Below are positions 50,200 to 61,008 of a DNA stretch of 64,000 bases, in pieces (position 1 is the first letter of the stretch; each line of letters starts with the position of its first letter). The stretch comes from a virus: positions 1 to 64,000 of IMG/VR virus record IMGVR_UViG_3300038760_000073; one strand, given 5' to 3'. Below the pieces are notes generated by a model. It was not told the DNA's origin and ran no database searches. It saw nothing but the letters and a program-made list of their open reading frames with translations. A program made the translations under genes and the position numbers.

Positions 50200-51899
50200 T
50201 TTTCTCTCCTGTCTTCAGGTTTGTAATGCATGATTCTATCATGCCATATTGGTGAGGCGAGTAGTATACCTGTTTTGAGTTCATCATCTACATTTTTTTG
50301 ATGCATGTATGACATCCATGTTTGCTCGTATGGGTGAGCCCATGTAGTATCAATAAACATCTTTTTATTACCTGCTTTACTAACAATCATCGGCCAGTTA
50401 GCATAATATACCTCCCCGTCGATGTATGATACACCATCCACATTACCTATATTATTAAATTTAGTTCTAGGGCAATTATTGTCTAGTCCATGTATTGGTA
50501 ACTGATCATAATGTGGCCATAATTTAGATCTTACATCTTGTGGTACATTATACCATGAACATTGCTTATCGTTATCAAAGTATACCTCTGTAAATGATAG
50601 TTTGAGAAAATCAAACTCTTCCTTTATCATTATTTTATGTAATATATCGTATAGACCAGGTATATATTTCTTAAACCCATTCCTACAAAATTGACCCTCT
50701 AATTCAGGTGGATTAACAGTCATATCATCCTCAAAAAAGAACATATAATCTGCATCTGACTTATCAAAATGTTCAGCCGCGGCTTGTCGTCCACCACATA
50801 TACCGGTATTACCGCCTAAATCAATATATTCAAACCCATACTCTTTACATGTTTGTTGGTTTTTAATTTTACTTTGTTCATCTGTCGAGTTATCTAGTAA
50901 AATTAAATCAGGCTTTTCTAACCACTCAGATGCCTTTTCCATTGTATTAATTGTATGTAGTGGCTGCTCAGGAAAATTAAATGTGAGCATATATAGATTG
51001 GTTTTTAGCTTACTAATATCATATGTACTACCAGTAGGTTGATCAGTAGCTTTACGCTCAGGTACCTCTTCTAGCTCTACGTGTTCCCCTTCCAAAGCAT
51101 TAACGAAGGTACCTATCATACCGTACTCTTCTAATGCAAATCTCCTATATTTCTCTGGGTGAGATTTGGCCATTATCGAGAAAACACTTTCCTCAGTACC
51201 CATGTAACCTTCACCTATAGTCCTATCTAATAACCCGTAGTATTCGCTATTTGCATCGGATATAGCATCCTTATGACCACCAAATAACCCTCCGCGGCAA
51301 ACATAATCTACCTTCTCACCTGCAAATTTATTCATAGCATTAAAATCAAATCCATGTATCTCATTCGCTGCTTTGTAGGGGTAAGATAAGAACAAAAACG
51401 GATCTAGATAATCCGTTATCTTAGATAAGGTATCTTCACTATACAAGGTATTTGCATTTACAGTCTGAGTAATACCTGCATCTAGCCAGATGAAATAATC
51501 AGTATCAAATGGATCCCATATTTTAGCGTCATGTAAAAAAGGCATTTTCGACATTACAATAGGATTATAATATTCATTCTTACACTGCGGTGAATTTTTA
51601 AGCCACCCACCTTCTCCTGTTATATTCTGCCACGCTTCACTAGTTCTTATATCTTGAACTCTATCCCAAAAAGGTAAAAACATATTAGTTTTAATATCCT
51701 CTAATTCATATATCTTAATTAGAGTGTTATCTCGAGATCGTCTTTCTAATACGAATGACTCTAAAGATTTCGGAATAAACAGAATCATGTTACACGGTAT
51801 TTTAAGAAACAAGTCAAAATGTTCTTCATACCTAGACCACTCACGCCCCTCTCTTCCAATATCCCATAAGCCAGAAACTATAGTCAGATTATTACTCAT
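50196..51899 (-). CDS. WlaTC/HtrL-like glycosyltransferase fused to GT-A domain
   Basis: TIVSGLWDIGR, WLDAG, GGLFGG, GTEE motifs; second domain with FFEDD. Confidence 0.78.
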   Translation of the reverse strand: MSNNLTIVSGLWDIGREGREWSRYEEHFDLFLKIPCNMILFIPKSLESFVLERRSRDNTLIKIYELEDIKTNMFLPFWDRVQDIRTSEAWQNITGEGGWLKNSPQCKNEYYNPIVMSKMPFLHDAKIWDPFDTDYFIWLDAGITQTVNANTLYSEDTLSKITDYLDPFLFLSYPYKAANEIHGFDFNAMNKFAGEKVDYVCRGGLFGGHKDAISDANSEYYGLLDRTIGEGYMGTEESVFSIMAKSHPEKYRRFALEEYGMIGTFVNALEGEHVELEEVPERKATDQPTGSTYDISKLKTNLYMLTFNFPEQPLHTINTMEKASEWLEKPDLILLDNSTDEQSKIKNQQTCKEYGFEYIDLGGNTGICGGRQAAAEHFDKSDADYMFFFEDDMTVNPPELEGQFCRNGFKKYIPGLYDILHKIMIKEEFDFLKLSFTEVYFDNDKQCSWYNVPQDVRSKLWPHYDQLPIHGLDNNCPRTKFNNIGNVDGVSYIDGEVYYANWPMIVSKAGNKKMFIDTTWAHPYEQTWMSYMHQKNVDDELKTGILLASPIWHDRIMHYKPEDRREN

Positions 51900-51907
51900 A
51901 AACCTTA

Positions 51908-52741
51908 TTAATAACCGTTATCAATAAATTTTTTGTATAGACAATCTTCACTGATGTTAAAGTTAGCAGCAGCTTCCGGTGATTGCCTATACACATTACA
52001 CCCTTCATACGATTCATGATTAGTGTGTCGTAATACAGGAAATGTTTCAACTCCCCCTCTCTCTCGCCAATCTTCTAAGGTAGGCAGATCAGGATCGTCA
52101 GGATGAAATGTCACGATTCTATTTCTTTTCTTGCTCGAGAAATAAGCTGATATTAACAAATCGTCATCCCATGTAAAATTGTCCTCAACAAAGTCTGTAA
52201 AGTCAGTCTCAAAATATTGTCTTTTGTAAGATACAGATTTGTAGTGCTGTATAATATCTACACGGCTATTTCTTTTATTGGAGGTATAATAGTAATCTCT
52301 AACATCACCGAAAAAATTATCTCTAGATCTTATCCCGTCATAACCGATAATATCATCAGTAAATAATGATTGGTTATTAACTTGCTCTCGAACTAGATCT
52401 GTATGATACACTAAATCATCATCTACTACGATAATAATATCATCCGGATTAGTTAGACGCTCGATAGTTGGTAATAATTTAGTAATAGGACCACTATCCT
52501 CGAGATTGTCAAATATAGTAAATTTGTTATTACTACCATGCGATAATTCTCGGATCCAATCTGGAATAATATATTCCTCTCCAGTGGATGTAAGTAACTT
52601 CGGGACATTTAAGTGTATTTCGTAATTATCATGCGATTGATTGAGTAGTGACAATAGGTTACTCTTAATACCTTCTTCATATGATTCAGGAGAATTTATC
52701 CTTGAAGGGATTGTTGTTAGTGTTAGTACCACGCGTTGCAT
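51908..52741 (-). CDS. GT-A glycosyltransferase
   Basis: LTTIPSR, DSGPITKLLP, VDDD, DDLLIS motifs. Confidence 0.8.
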   Translation of the reverse strand: MQRVVLTLTTIPSRINSPESYEEGIKSNLLSLLNQSHDNYEIHLNVPKLLTSTGEEYIIPDWIRELSHGSNNKFTIFDNLEDSGPITKLLPTIERLTNPDDIIIVVDDDLVYHTDLVREQVNNQSLFTDDIIGYDGIRSRDNFFGDVRDYYYTSNKRNSRVDIIQHYKSVSYKRQYFETDFTDFVEDNFTWDDDLLISAYFSSKKRNRIVTFHPDDPDLPTLEDWRERGGVETFPVLRHTNHESYEGCNVYRQSPEAAANFNISEDCLYKKFIDNGY

Positions 52742-52856
52742 ATGCATACTTATTAATAAATATGCATATGCAAGCAGCACTCATTTCTTATCTTTAAAGT
52801 GTTAAGGGTTGTAGTAATAACCATAATATTGTGATATGTCTTTAATTTAAAATCTA

Positions 52857-53882
52857 CTATAGAAATTTAAGGTCCTTAAAAATTCTATACCAACTATCTT
52901 CACCTCTCATAAAGGTTTTTGCATAATTAAAGTTATGTTCTATGGCTGGGAGCATTTTCTCATACGGATCCTCTTTATTTAGAAAATCTACTATATCTTT
53001 TAATTTATTACATAGTACGCGTTGATGAAACTCTTCTACAGGGCAATCAGGATCTGGTAATTCAACTCCCCTCATATTAAACTCAACAATACCATCCATA
53101 TTGATATTATCATCAAAAATCTTCGAGCCGCAATATATAGGAACGCACCCAGATAAAAAACAATCATATAGCTTTTCAGAATTAAACCCTGTTTGTTCAT
53201 ATGCATTCTCAATAATAATAACATACTTATAATCATAGTATGCTGTTCTAAATTCACATAAAGTATCGCGTTGAGATTCTTCTGAGCCGAGAGTAAGGAC
53301 CCCCCCACAAGGATCTTCATGAGGGTGGTGCTCTCTACCCGTTATTGTCTGGTTTTTGTTCCACATTGCTCCAGATCCATAGAAATCAACTAGACCGGTA
53401 TCATTTAAACTATTATATACAGCGTGACGGAGCCTGTGCCCTAGGCAATAATGTTTCCAAGAAAAGGGACACGATATCATTTTTGATTTTGGATGAAGTT
53501 TAATATTAGCTTCATCTAACCATGTTGTATAGGCACATTTACTTGAGTAATAAAACTTATCTGGCCTCTCTTCTAATAGATGTCCGAGTTTGTCCTTGTT
53601 GTGAGTAATTACTAAATCAAATTTTTCAAAGTCTGTTTGTATATAGTCATATACATCTGTCCAGGGCGGTGTACAATACGGCTCTAACAAGATACATACA
53701 TTCTTATTACCATCTACCGGGATATCGACCAGCTCTGATTTAATAAAATTATCTGTATATACGTTTATAGGCCTCCTTATACCATCTCTCATTTTAAGAA
53801 TATAGTCAGAAGGAGATAAGCATGGAGCTAACCACTCACTACACATAGTACTATCCCAAAAAGTTACATTAACTGGCGTCAT
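52857..53882 (-). CDS. GT10-like glycosyltransferase
   Basis: YKYVIIIEN..SEKLYDCFLSGCVPIYCG motif. Confidence 0.8.
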   Translation of the reverse strand: MTPVNVTFWDSTMCSEWLAPCLSPSDYILKMRDGIRRPINVYTDNFIKSELVDIPVDGNKNVCILLEPYCTPPWTDVYDYIQTDFEKFDLVITHNKDKLGHLLEERPDKFYYSSKCAYTTWLDEANIKLHPKSKMISCPFSWKHYCLGHRLRHAVYNSLNDTGLVDFYGSGAMWNKNQTITGREHHPHEDPCGGVLTLGSEESQRDTLCEFRTAYYDYKYVIIIENAYEQTGFNSEKLYDCFLSGCVPIYCGSKIFDDNINMDGIVEFNMRGVELPDPDCPVEEFHQRVLCNKLKDIVDFLNKEDPYEKMLPAIEHNFNYAKTFMRGEDSWYRIFKDLKFL

Positions 53883-53986
53883 CTTAAATATTTAATCAAA
53901 TATTATAGAGGCTCAACTAGTTGTATATTATAATACTTATGTTAAAAGTTTGCTATCAATGAGGGAGTAGATGAATATAAGTACGG

Positions 53987-54691
53987 CTATTCTTGAGGAA
54001 TTTTAATAAATACTGTTTGACGGCCCCACAATATTTTAATATAATCATTGTCCAACAGATATGGGGTTAATAATCTATCCTTACCTGCACTACCTGTATT
54101 AAAATCAGTATCATCTATAGATATCAAATGAACTGGTGCCATCTTACTTTCTGCAGCTTTAAAAGCCTCTAGATGATGTTCAGCATATCTATGAGTACCT
54201 TTATCCCACCCATCTAAATATAAAAGATCTATAGGCTTATCGAATTTTTCTAAAAATTCGATACCATCTTCCGGTATATGTATATATAAATTGTCTGGGA
54301 GAGGTTCTTTGATATGATATTTATATTGATTTTCTAACTGAGATTTACAGTGAGTATCTACATCTACCGTATATACATCAAATCCCTCCCGGGTCCAGAA
54401 GTATGTTGAATGTCCATCCTGACAACATGGAGGAGCGTCTTTACTTTGCAAATTATGCGAATTATTATAGTATTCAATACAGTTACTAGTTAGTTCCATT
54501 CTAGTAGATCCAATTTCTACTATAGTCTTACCATCAATCAATTTTAAGAGCTCAATAGTTTTAGCAATCCATGGAGCTGGGTAGTTTCTAATACTGTTTT
54601 CTTCATGAGTTAATACATCATGATCCCAGTAATAGCATGTATGTTTAAATTCATCACATGCCTTTAATACATTATAAAAATAATCTTTCAT
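53987..54691 (-). CDS. Class I SAM methyltransferase-like protein
   Basis: IVEIGS, IDLLYLD, IDDT motifs. Confidence 0.75.
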   Translation of the reverse strand: MKDYFYNVLKACDEFKHTCYYWDHDVLTHEENSIRNYPAPWIAKTIELLKLIDGKTIVEIGSTRMELTSNCIEYYNNSHNLQSKDAPPCCQDGHSTYFWTREGFDVYTVDVDTHCKSQLENQYKYHIKEPLPDNLYIHIPEDGIEFLEKFDKPIDLLYLDGWDKGTHRYAEHHLEAFKAAESKMAPVHLISIDDTDFNTGSAGKDRLLTPYLLDNDYIKILWGRQTVFIKIPQE

Positions 54692-54818
54692 ATATATATA
54701 TATATTTATTTTACTATCGCTATTATTCTATCATTAAATCTACGGGTGTATCGGGTAAAGTCATAGAGACTAAATGACTGTGCATTTTGATCTTTAGCTA
54801 AACTTTCCAGGCTTGCCG

Positions 54819-55397
54819 CTAATTAATGTCCGTAGTAACCTCGATCCACCATTGCCCGGGGTGTGTAATATTAGCTCTATTATTAAATATGGTATCGACA
54901 GCTCGTATAATATCAGGCCAATCTCGAGTATAATCATCCCCACAAATAATCCCACCCTTTCGTATCAATGGTAGCCAATTTATAATATCCTCCTTTACAG
55001 AATTGTAATCATGTGACGCATCAATATATACAATATCAAAAAAATTCTTGGGATAGTTTTTACTTTCTGTTACAGAATCGTTTTTAATTAATTTAATATT
55101 ATCGATTATAGGTTCAAGATAATGGTTAGCTAATTTCCAGTAATCTGTATGTGTATTATGCTCCGCGGAGCCCTTAAAATGGTCTATAGCATATTGCCTA
55201 CACTTAATATTATGATGTGTAAAATACTGATTAAATATAGTAGTTCCTTTACCCATATATACCCCAATCTCAGCAAATTTAATTTCATCTGATGTCAAGA
55301 TTTTTGTCTTGCTAATTACCGGCAAAATATCTGTTAGTAGATTATTAATTTGATCCTCTGATAAGAAGCCTGGTATAAGATTATGATTAGTTTTCAT
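54819..55397 (-). CDS. Methyltransferase (Methyltransf_24-like)
   Basis: EIGVYMG, YIDASHDY, GGIICGDDY motifs. Confidence 0.85.
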   Translation of the reverse strand: MKTNHNLIPGFLSEDQINNLLTDILPVISKTKILTSDEIKFAEIGVYMGKGTTIFNQYFTHHNIKCRQYAIDHFKGSAEHNTHTDYWKLANHYLEPIIDNIKLIKNDSVTESKNYPKNFFDIVYIDASHDYNSVKEDIINWLPLIRKGGIICGDDYTRDWPDIIRAVDTIFNNRANITHPGQWWIEVTTDIN

Positions 55398-56072
55398 TTA
55401 ATACTTATCACACTCATTGTAGTCCCAAATAGCTGGAAATAGTCGCTCAAGCGCGTGAGCATATCCCCATTCTGATCTATCACCTATTTGCTCGAGCAAA
55501 TTTTTCCACCATAATAAAGACTTATTATCTATACAGGCTGACTTATTGACTATAAATTGTATACCGGCGGGGAAATGTCTAACTAATTCGTTTTTATCTG
55601 TAAGCACTTTAACAGGTAAGCTTATTTCAGATGCAACAACATCTAACCCGTGCCCCCATTCAACAGATAGGCAGGTTGCCATATATCCTAACTCGACAAA
55701 ATTCCCCGCGACTCTACAGAACTGATCGTCATTTAAATCTTTGATAATATTATTATAATCTATTAGATTTTTGCACTTATAATTAACATACGGTACAGTA
55801 TGCGGACAATGATCAAATGGGTGTCCCTGTAGAAATGTAATTGTTTCATAATCTTTATCATAATATTTGCATATATGATAAACATGTGTATGAGCATCCC
55901 TACCACTAAAATTATTTGGTAAATGTTCAATAATAGTGTTTGGTATATCAGGTATATCGATACCTACTAAGTCCTCACTTTTATTATATATATAAATATC
56001 TACATCTTCTAACTGGTTAATCCAATTAATATCTTCATTATATCGCGCTATTACGACTGCATTTTTTTTCAT
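55398..56072 (-). CDS. DUF3431-like protein
   Basis: VIARYNED, GRDAHT, FLQGHPFDH, HALER motifs. Confidence 0.75.
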   Translation of the reverse strand: MKKNAVVIARYNEDINWINQLEDVDIYIYNKSEDLVGIDIPDIPNTIIEHLPNNFSGRDAHTHVYHICKYYDKDYETITFLQGHPFDHCPHTVPYVNYKCKNLIDYNNIIKDLNDDQFCRVAGNFVELGYMATCLSVEWGHGLDVVASEISLPVKVLTDKNELVRHFPAGIQFIVNKSACIDNKSLLWWKNLLEQIGDRSEWGYAHALERLFPAIWDYNECDKY

Positions 56073-57337
56073 AATTGTATTTCTGCTTTTTCAACCCAGC
56101 CTCTACTTTTACTTATAGCCCAATATACAACTTTAACTGGTATTTTTTCTGTCATAAACATCTCTTCGTAGTGAATTGGTTTACCATCCCTAACAAGATC
56201 TTCCAGTCTCTTATCATTAATATATGTTTGATGTATACCTATACCATCTTCATCATCAAATGACACTAACAGATTCTCATAATCATCACCCGGTAACATA
56301 TCTTTGGTTATATCCACTAAATAGTATATAGAATTTATAAAGGAGTCTTCCCACTCCTCCTCACTATTATAAGGGTATGGGTTTGGAGGAATTTTATTAT
56401 CTTTAGTATATTGCTGGAATGCTCGCCGCTTAAAATTTATACCAGCATACCTTTCATAATCCTTTAAAGATCGTGTTTTGCCTAAATCATACTCACCTAA
56501 ATCTAACAACCTCTCTTCTACACCAAGCAGCTGTCTAATTCTAGCACGAGCATCATTATTACCCCTCCACCACATATCGTCACCCCTACTGGACATGTCG
56601 TCCCATACTAACATATTACTTCTCTCTTCTCTCATTGTAGCATGCCAAATTACTACTCGATGCGGATGAAACAAATCATACCCATGGGTGAAAGATCTAA
56701 CTGTGAGATTAATCTCTTCACCAGCGAAGAAAATATTTGGATCATGTCTAATTTCTTTAGCCCACTTATTTGACCCAAACGAAAAGTGACCACTTAAAAA
56801 TCTAGCAGGGTATGGCTTTGTAAGTTCCTTCCAATCTCGAACACCTGTCGGTCTAATGAAGATAGTACCAAATGGGTAAAAGCAAGCCGCCTCTGATACC
56901 CATGGCTCTTGCACTCGTCCAGCCGGGTCATTAAAGGGATCATACATAGGTAGATAACCACCTATCACCGGATTGTATCCATCTTCAACTAGTTCATCAT
57001 ACCAACCAATTAAGGTACTATCCCAATTTTCTGTAAACCGGTGATGTGAGTCCAATTGTAATACAAAATCTTCATCTTCGAGTAACTCATCATTGATAAC
57101 TGCGCGCGCGTATGCTAAGCCTTTAGCTTCAGTATAAAGCATTTCTTTAACTTTAAACCTAGAATCGTCTTTAAATTCTGATAAGTCATCAAAACCATCT
57201 TTAGGGTTATATTGCCTACATATACCAAATCTAACCCTATTAGGAAATTCAGCGTTCGTTAGCGCATCCTTAATAGTAGGTATAAGCTCTGGATCTCTAT
57301 ATGCGGGCAAATGTATTAGTATAGTTCGTTCTGACAT
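56069..57337 (-). CDS. GT60-like (Skp1-type) GlcNAc transferase, paralog 2
   Basis: AYRDPEL, QLDSHHRF, FFAGEE, GYDLFHP motifs. Confidence 0.82.
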   Translation of the reverse strand: MSERTILIHLPAYRDPELIPTIKDALTNAEFPNRVRFGICRQYNPKDGFDDLSEFKDDSRFKVKEMLYTEAKGLAYARAVINDELLEDEDFVLQLDSHHRFTENWDSTLIGWYDELVEDGYNPVIGGYLPMYDPFNDPAGRVQEPWVSEAACFYPFGTIFIRPTGVRDWKELTKPYPARFLSGHFSFGSNKWAKEIRHDPNIFFAGEEINLTVRSFTHGYDLFHPHRVVIWHATMREERSNMLVWDDMSSRGDDMWWRGNNDARARIRQLLGVEERLLDLGEYDLGKTRSLKDYERYAGINFKRRAFQQYTKDNKIPPNPYPYNSEEEWEDSFINSIYYLVDITKDMLPGDDYENLLVSFDDEDGIGIHQTYINDKRLEDLVRDGKPIHYEEMFMTEKIPVKVVYWAISKSRGWVEKAEIQL

Positions 57338-57338
57338 A

Positions 57339-58691
57339 TTAATTGCATCTTGTAAATTCAATAATATTGTTTTCAGCTAGTTGAACCTTGTTATCCATCT
57401 CTACCTCTTCTAGTAATCTAGGACTAATTATACCCTCCAGCCTATCCATCCAACCTTGAGATTTAGAATTTGGCCATACAATCCATTTATAGGGCGGTAC
57501 ATCTGTATTAAACTGCCTCCATAGTTTGCAATAGTTGTCAGAGTCTTTCTTCATACGATCAATTTCGTCTGGTAAAGCATCCTCTCGATATATCTCATTA
57601 CCATCAACATCCTCAAATGCTACAGCCCAGCATGTATAATCATCGAGAGGCACTAGATCATACCCAATATCAATACAGTGTTTAAAGAAATTTAAGAACG
57701 AGCTATTATATTCCTGTTCAGTTGTGTAAGTTGGATTAGGTGGATATTTATTATCTAGAGTATATTGCTGTAATTGTCTCTTCTCAAATAATACTCCCGC
57801 ATATTTTTCATAATCTTCTAGAGTACGCTCATTACCCAAGCCATATTCACACTTATCCCCTTCAGCGATAAATTCACCATCTATACCCAATAACTTTCTA
57901 ACTTTGGTATGTGATTGTGTATCTAACTCTACCCACCCGTCATTATCACTCCAATGTCTAGGTTGATCTGATCTAGTATAGTAATGCCAGATTACAACTC
58001 GATGAGGGTGAAATAAATCATACCCATGGGTATACGCTCGAACTGCTAGACTTATTTCTTCACCGTGGAAGTATATCTCAGGGTCATGCTGAACTTCTTT
58101 AGAGAATATACCTAAAGTAAAGCAGAAATGTGCTGAGAGAAATCTAGCTGCAATAGGGGCATTATAGTTTACCCAGTTTGGAATTGTTTCTGGCTTAGTA
58201 TGTAGAGGACCTTCCGGGGCAAATCTATCAAATACCAAACGCCATGGATCATTTTCAGTTTTACCTGTTTTTGGATCATATGCCGGTACATATCCTGTTA
58301 ACAGAGGTTTTTTATGACCTTGTAGCTGCAGCATATAGATCATATTCTTTAGTGTAGTGTCCCAACCCTCTGTAAATCGGTGATGTGAATCTAAGTGAAG
58401 TGTAAAATCTTCATCATTATAATGTTGCTGAATTAAATTTCTAGCCCAACATACACCTTTAGCTTCCTTATAATCAATATCGATAATATTAATATTTTTG
58501 TGTTTGTTAAAACTAGTTAGTTTATCCCACTTGTCTTCTTTAGCATGTTGCCAAGCAACACACACCCGTAAATTATCAGGCTCATCAGCTTTCTCAAGCA
58601 TATCCTTTAATGTCTTTTTAAGTTCAGGGTCTCTATATGATGCAATCTGCACAAAAATTAGTTTACCCGTGTAAGGATTCATATTAATCAT
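57339..58691 (-). CDS. GT60-like (Skp1-type) GlcNAc transferase, paralog 1
   Basis: IFVQIASYRDPEL, GVCWAR, LDSHHRF, YFHGEE motifs. Confidence 0.85.
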   Translation of the reverse strand: MINMNPYTGKLIFVQIASYRDPELKKTLKDMLEKADEPDNLRVCVAWQHAKEDKWDKLTSFNKHKNINIIDIDYKEAKGVCWARNLIQQHYNDEDFTLHLDSHHRFTEGWDTTLKNMIYMLQLQGHKKPLLTGYVPAYDPKTGKTENDPWRLVFDRFAPEGPLHTKPETIPNWVNYNAPIAARFLSAHFCFTLGIFSKEVQHDPEIYFHGEEISLAVRAYTHGYDLFHPHRVVIWHYYTRSDQPRHWSDNDGWVELDTQSHTKVRKLLGIDGEFIAEGDKCEYGLGNERTLEDYEKYAGVLFEKRQLQQYTLDNKYPPNPTYTTEQEYNSSFLNFFKHCIDIGYDLVPLDDYTCWAVAFEDVDGNEIYREDALPDEIDRMKKDSDNYCKLWRQFNTDVPPYKWIVWPNSKSQGWMDRLEGIISPRLLEEVEMDNKVQLAENNIIEFTRCN

Positions 58692-58756
58692 TTAATCTGT
58701 TAAAAAATAAAATCCAGTAGTTGCATTATTAATAATTGACTATAATATATAACTAT

Positions 58757-59101
58757 ATGTCAAATATTACAACAATCGTCGATCAAGTCGGAAGAACAGT
58801 TATTGGTGTGGAAACTAAATCCACAAAAGATACTATTACACTAAATAATCCAGTTATTATTCATGTACAACCAAACTCAGAAAACGGTCAATTACAAGTA
58901 CAATCGTTTCCTTACCTGTTTATGGAGTTTATTAAAGGTGATAAAACAAAAAACAACTGGACATTCAATAAAGGTGCAATCGCTATCTCAGATGTTGAAT
59001 TGGATGATAAGATTATTGAGCAATACAATAATATTAATTCACCAGCAGCTACTGCTGCATCTCCAGAAGAGCCTAGTGTAATTAAACTGTTTGACGAATA
59101 A
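58757..59101 (+). CDS. Hypothetical protein (Sm-like fold possible)
   Basis: Beta-rich ORF typical of T4-like phages. Confidence 0.6.
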   Translation: MSNITTIVDQVGRTVIGVETKSTKDTITLNNPVIIHVQPNSENGQLQVQSFPYLFMEFIKGDKTKNNWTFNKGAIAISDVELDDKIIEQYNNINSPAATAASPEEPSVIKLFDE

Positions 59102-59116
59102 TTTAAGATAGCTCAT

Positions 59117-59188
59117 TCCGGTGTAGCATAATGGTAGTGCACGTGACTGTTAATCACGCAAGTGTTGGTTCGAACCCAACCACCGGAG
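59117..59188 (+). tRNA. tRNA-Asn (GTT)
   Basis: Acceptor TCCGGTG/CACCGGA; anticodon arm CGTGA-CTGTTAA-TCACG; T-loop GGTTCGAACC; CCA not encoded. Confidence 0.93.
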
Positions 59189-59229
59189 TTTATTGCAATT
59201 TACCATACTACAAACTAAATATATTTACT

Positions 59230-59655
59230 ATGAAACTAACTACAAATAAAAATAACATCCTATCAAATAACCCTATCGTTAATCTAGATAAAATATTTGA
59301 TAATATGTTTAATACAACACCATTATTTCATAATTTAAATGAAATATATAAAACAGGTGATCAGGTCAGGTTCTCACCTGATGATGAATCGCTTACAGTT
59401 CAAATTGATCTACCAGGAGTAAAGCGAGATGATATTGCAATCACCTCCGATACAGACCAGTCCGAGGTATATATTAAAGCGAAGAGAGACATTAAAACTC
59501 TAGACGGTACACAGGAACAAACATATAACCGTTCCTTTACAGTAGGACGTGAGTATGATATTAAGCAAATTACATTTGTCTATCAAGATGGTTTACTTGA
59601 AATTGATGTTCCACGGCGGCAAAAGGAACAATATCTTAGAACACATACACTATAA
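59230..59655 (+). CDS. Small heat shock protein Hsp20
   Basis: DLPGVKRDDI, RSF, YQDGLLEIDVP motifs; start corrected to lie downstream of the tRNA. Confidence 0.88.
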   Translation: MKLTTNKNNILSNNPIVNLDKIFDNMFNTTPLFHNLNEIYKTGDQVRFSPDDESLTVQIDLPGVKRDDIAITSDTDQSEVYIKAKRDIKTLDGTQEQTYNRSFTVGREYDIKQITFVYQDGLLEIDVPRRQKEQYLRTHTL

Positions 59656-59676
59656 CCTTTAACTTAAAATAATATT

Positions 59677-59715
59677 AAAGACCTCTATTGCATATTATGT
59701 GGTAGAGGTCTTTTT
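59677..59715 (+). terminator. Intrinsic terminator
   Basis: AAAGACCTCTA...TAGAGGTCTTTTT. Confidence 0.85.
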
Positions 59716-59774
59716 GTTTGTATTATACTTAAAAATAAGTTGTAAAGTAAGGATCTTAATATATAATATAGTAT

Positions 59775-60920
59775 ATGGATAAAGATATTGCAAGTGCGTT
59801 GGACGAAATTGATACTGTTAACCCCTTTGCAACATATCTAAGTGATAGTACACTTAGTAGAGTAGGTGGGTGGGTTGATACTGGGTCATATGTATTAAAT
59901 GCCATAATCTCCGGATCTCTTCATGGTGGTATACCTAAAGGTAGGGTAACTATGCTAGCTGGTGAGTCTATGACTGGTAAATCCCTGTTTGTTATGAAGA
60001 TATTAGCTGCAGCTCAAAAAAGTGGGTTAATACCAGTTATTTTTGATACGGAAAACGCGATTGACCCGGAAGGTGCTGAAAGACTTGGGTTAGATGTTAG
60101 CAAAGTTAAATATGTTCCTTGTATAAGTACAGAACAGACTAGAAATGCATTATATAAGTTCCTTACATCAGTTAAAGAGAAGGGATTGGAGGGTAAATTT
60201 ATCGTTGCTATTGATTCCTTAGGAAATTTACAGTCAGAACTGTCATTATCACGAATGAGTAAAGATAATACAGCAGCTGATATGGGTACAAATGCTCGAG
60301 CTATGAAATCTCTCATGCAGACATGTACTAATTTAGGAGCTGTCACACAAACAACTATTATATGCACTAACCATGTGTATGATAATCCTGCAGCTCTGTT
60401 CCCATCAATCGAGAAAAATATGCCTGGTGGTAAGTCATGTGTATATCTACCTTCAGTTACCGTTCAACTGGCTAGAAAGCCAATGAAAGCTGACGGTGGC
60501 AAAACAATGGATGGTGAAACTGCTGTAGCGCAAAAGAGTTATGCTGGCATTATCATTAGAGCTCTAACTCGAAAGAATCGATTTATTAAACAGTATCTAG
60601 AGGGTGAAATGTATCTATCATTCGCATCCGGTTTAGATAGATACTATGGCCTAATTGACTTAGCAGTTGGTTTAGGCGCCGTCATTCAAACTGGGGCAAC
60701 CTACCAACTTGAAGATGGTAAGAAGTTAGGATATTACAAGCAGTTTAGGAAAAATACTGATCTATGGGAAAATACCATCCTACCTATTGTAGAGGCTAGA
60801 ATGAAGGATGAGTGGAACTATTCAAACAAAGAAGAAGAACCACCTGATGAAGTAGCAGAAACGATAGTTGATCCAGTGTCGACCTCACTTAAGGATATAT
60901 TAGAATTAAAGGAAAAATAA
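59775..60920 (+). CDS. uvsX: RecA-like recombinase
   Basis: AGESMTGKS, FDTE, IDSLGNL, NHVY motifs; TTGTAA-N16-TATAAT upstream. Confidence 0.93.
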   Translation: MDKDIASALDEIDTVNPFATYLSDSTLSRVGGWVDTGSYVLNAIISGSLHGGIPKGRVTMLAGESMTGKSLFVMKILAAAQKSGLIPVIFDTENAIDPEGAERLGLDVSKVKYVPCISTEQTRNALYKFLTSVKEKGLEGKFIVAIDSLGNLQSELSLSRMSKDNTAADMGTNARAMKSLMQTCTNLGAVTQTTIICTNHVYDNPAALFPSIEKNMPGGKSCVYLPSVTVQLARKPMKADGGKTMDGETAVAQKSYAGIIIRALTRKNRFIKQYLEGEMYLSFASGLDRYYGLIDLAVGLGAVIQTGATYQLEDGKKLGYYKQFRKNTDLWENTILPIVEARMKDEWNYSNKEEEPPDEVAETIVDPVSTSLKDILELKEK

Positions 60921-61008
60921 TACTATATGCGACTCAGCTAAGAGGTTCTAACCCTATAGGTTATTGTGTTGCATCTTTGCTGTGAGATATTTGATAACAT
61001 CTGCAGCC

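Noticed and set aside
59131-59229. Extended Hsp20 N-terminus
   Set aside because: Overlaps the tRNA-Asn; the real start is likely 59230.
60941-60965. preQ1-I riboswitch-like string AGAGGTTCTA upstream of queC
   Set aside because: The A-rich 3' tail is missing, it is separated from queC by an opposite-strand gene, and queC has its own adjacent promoter.
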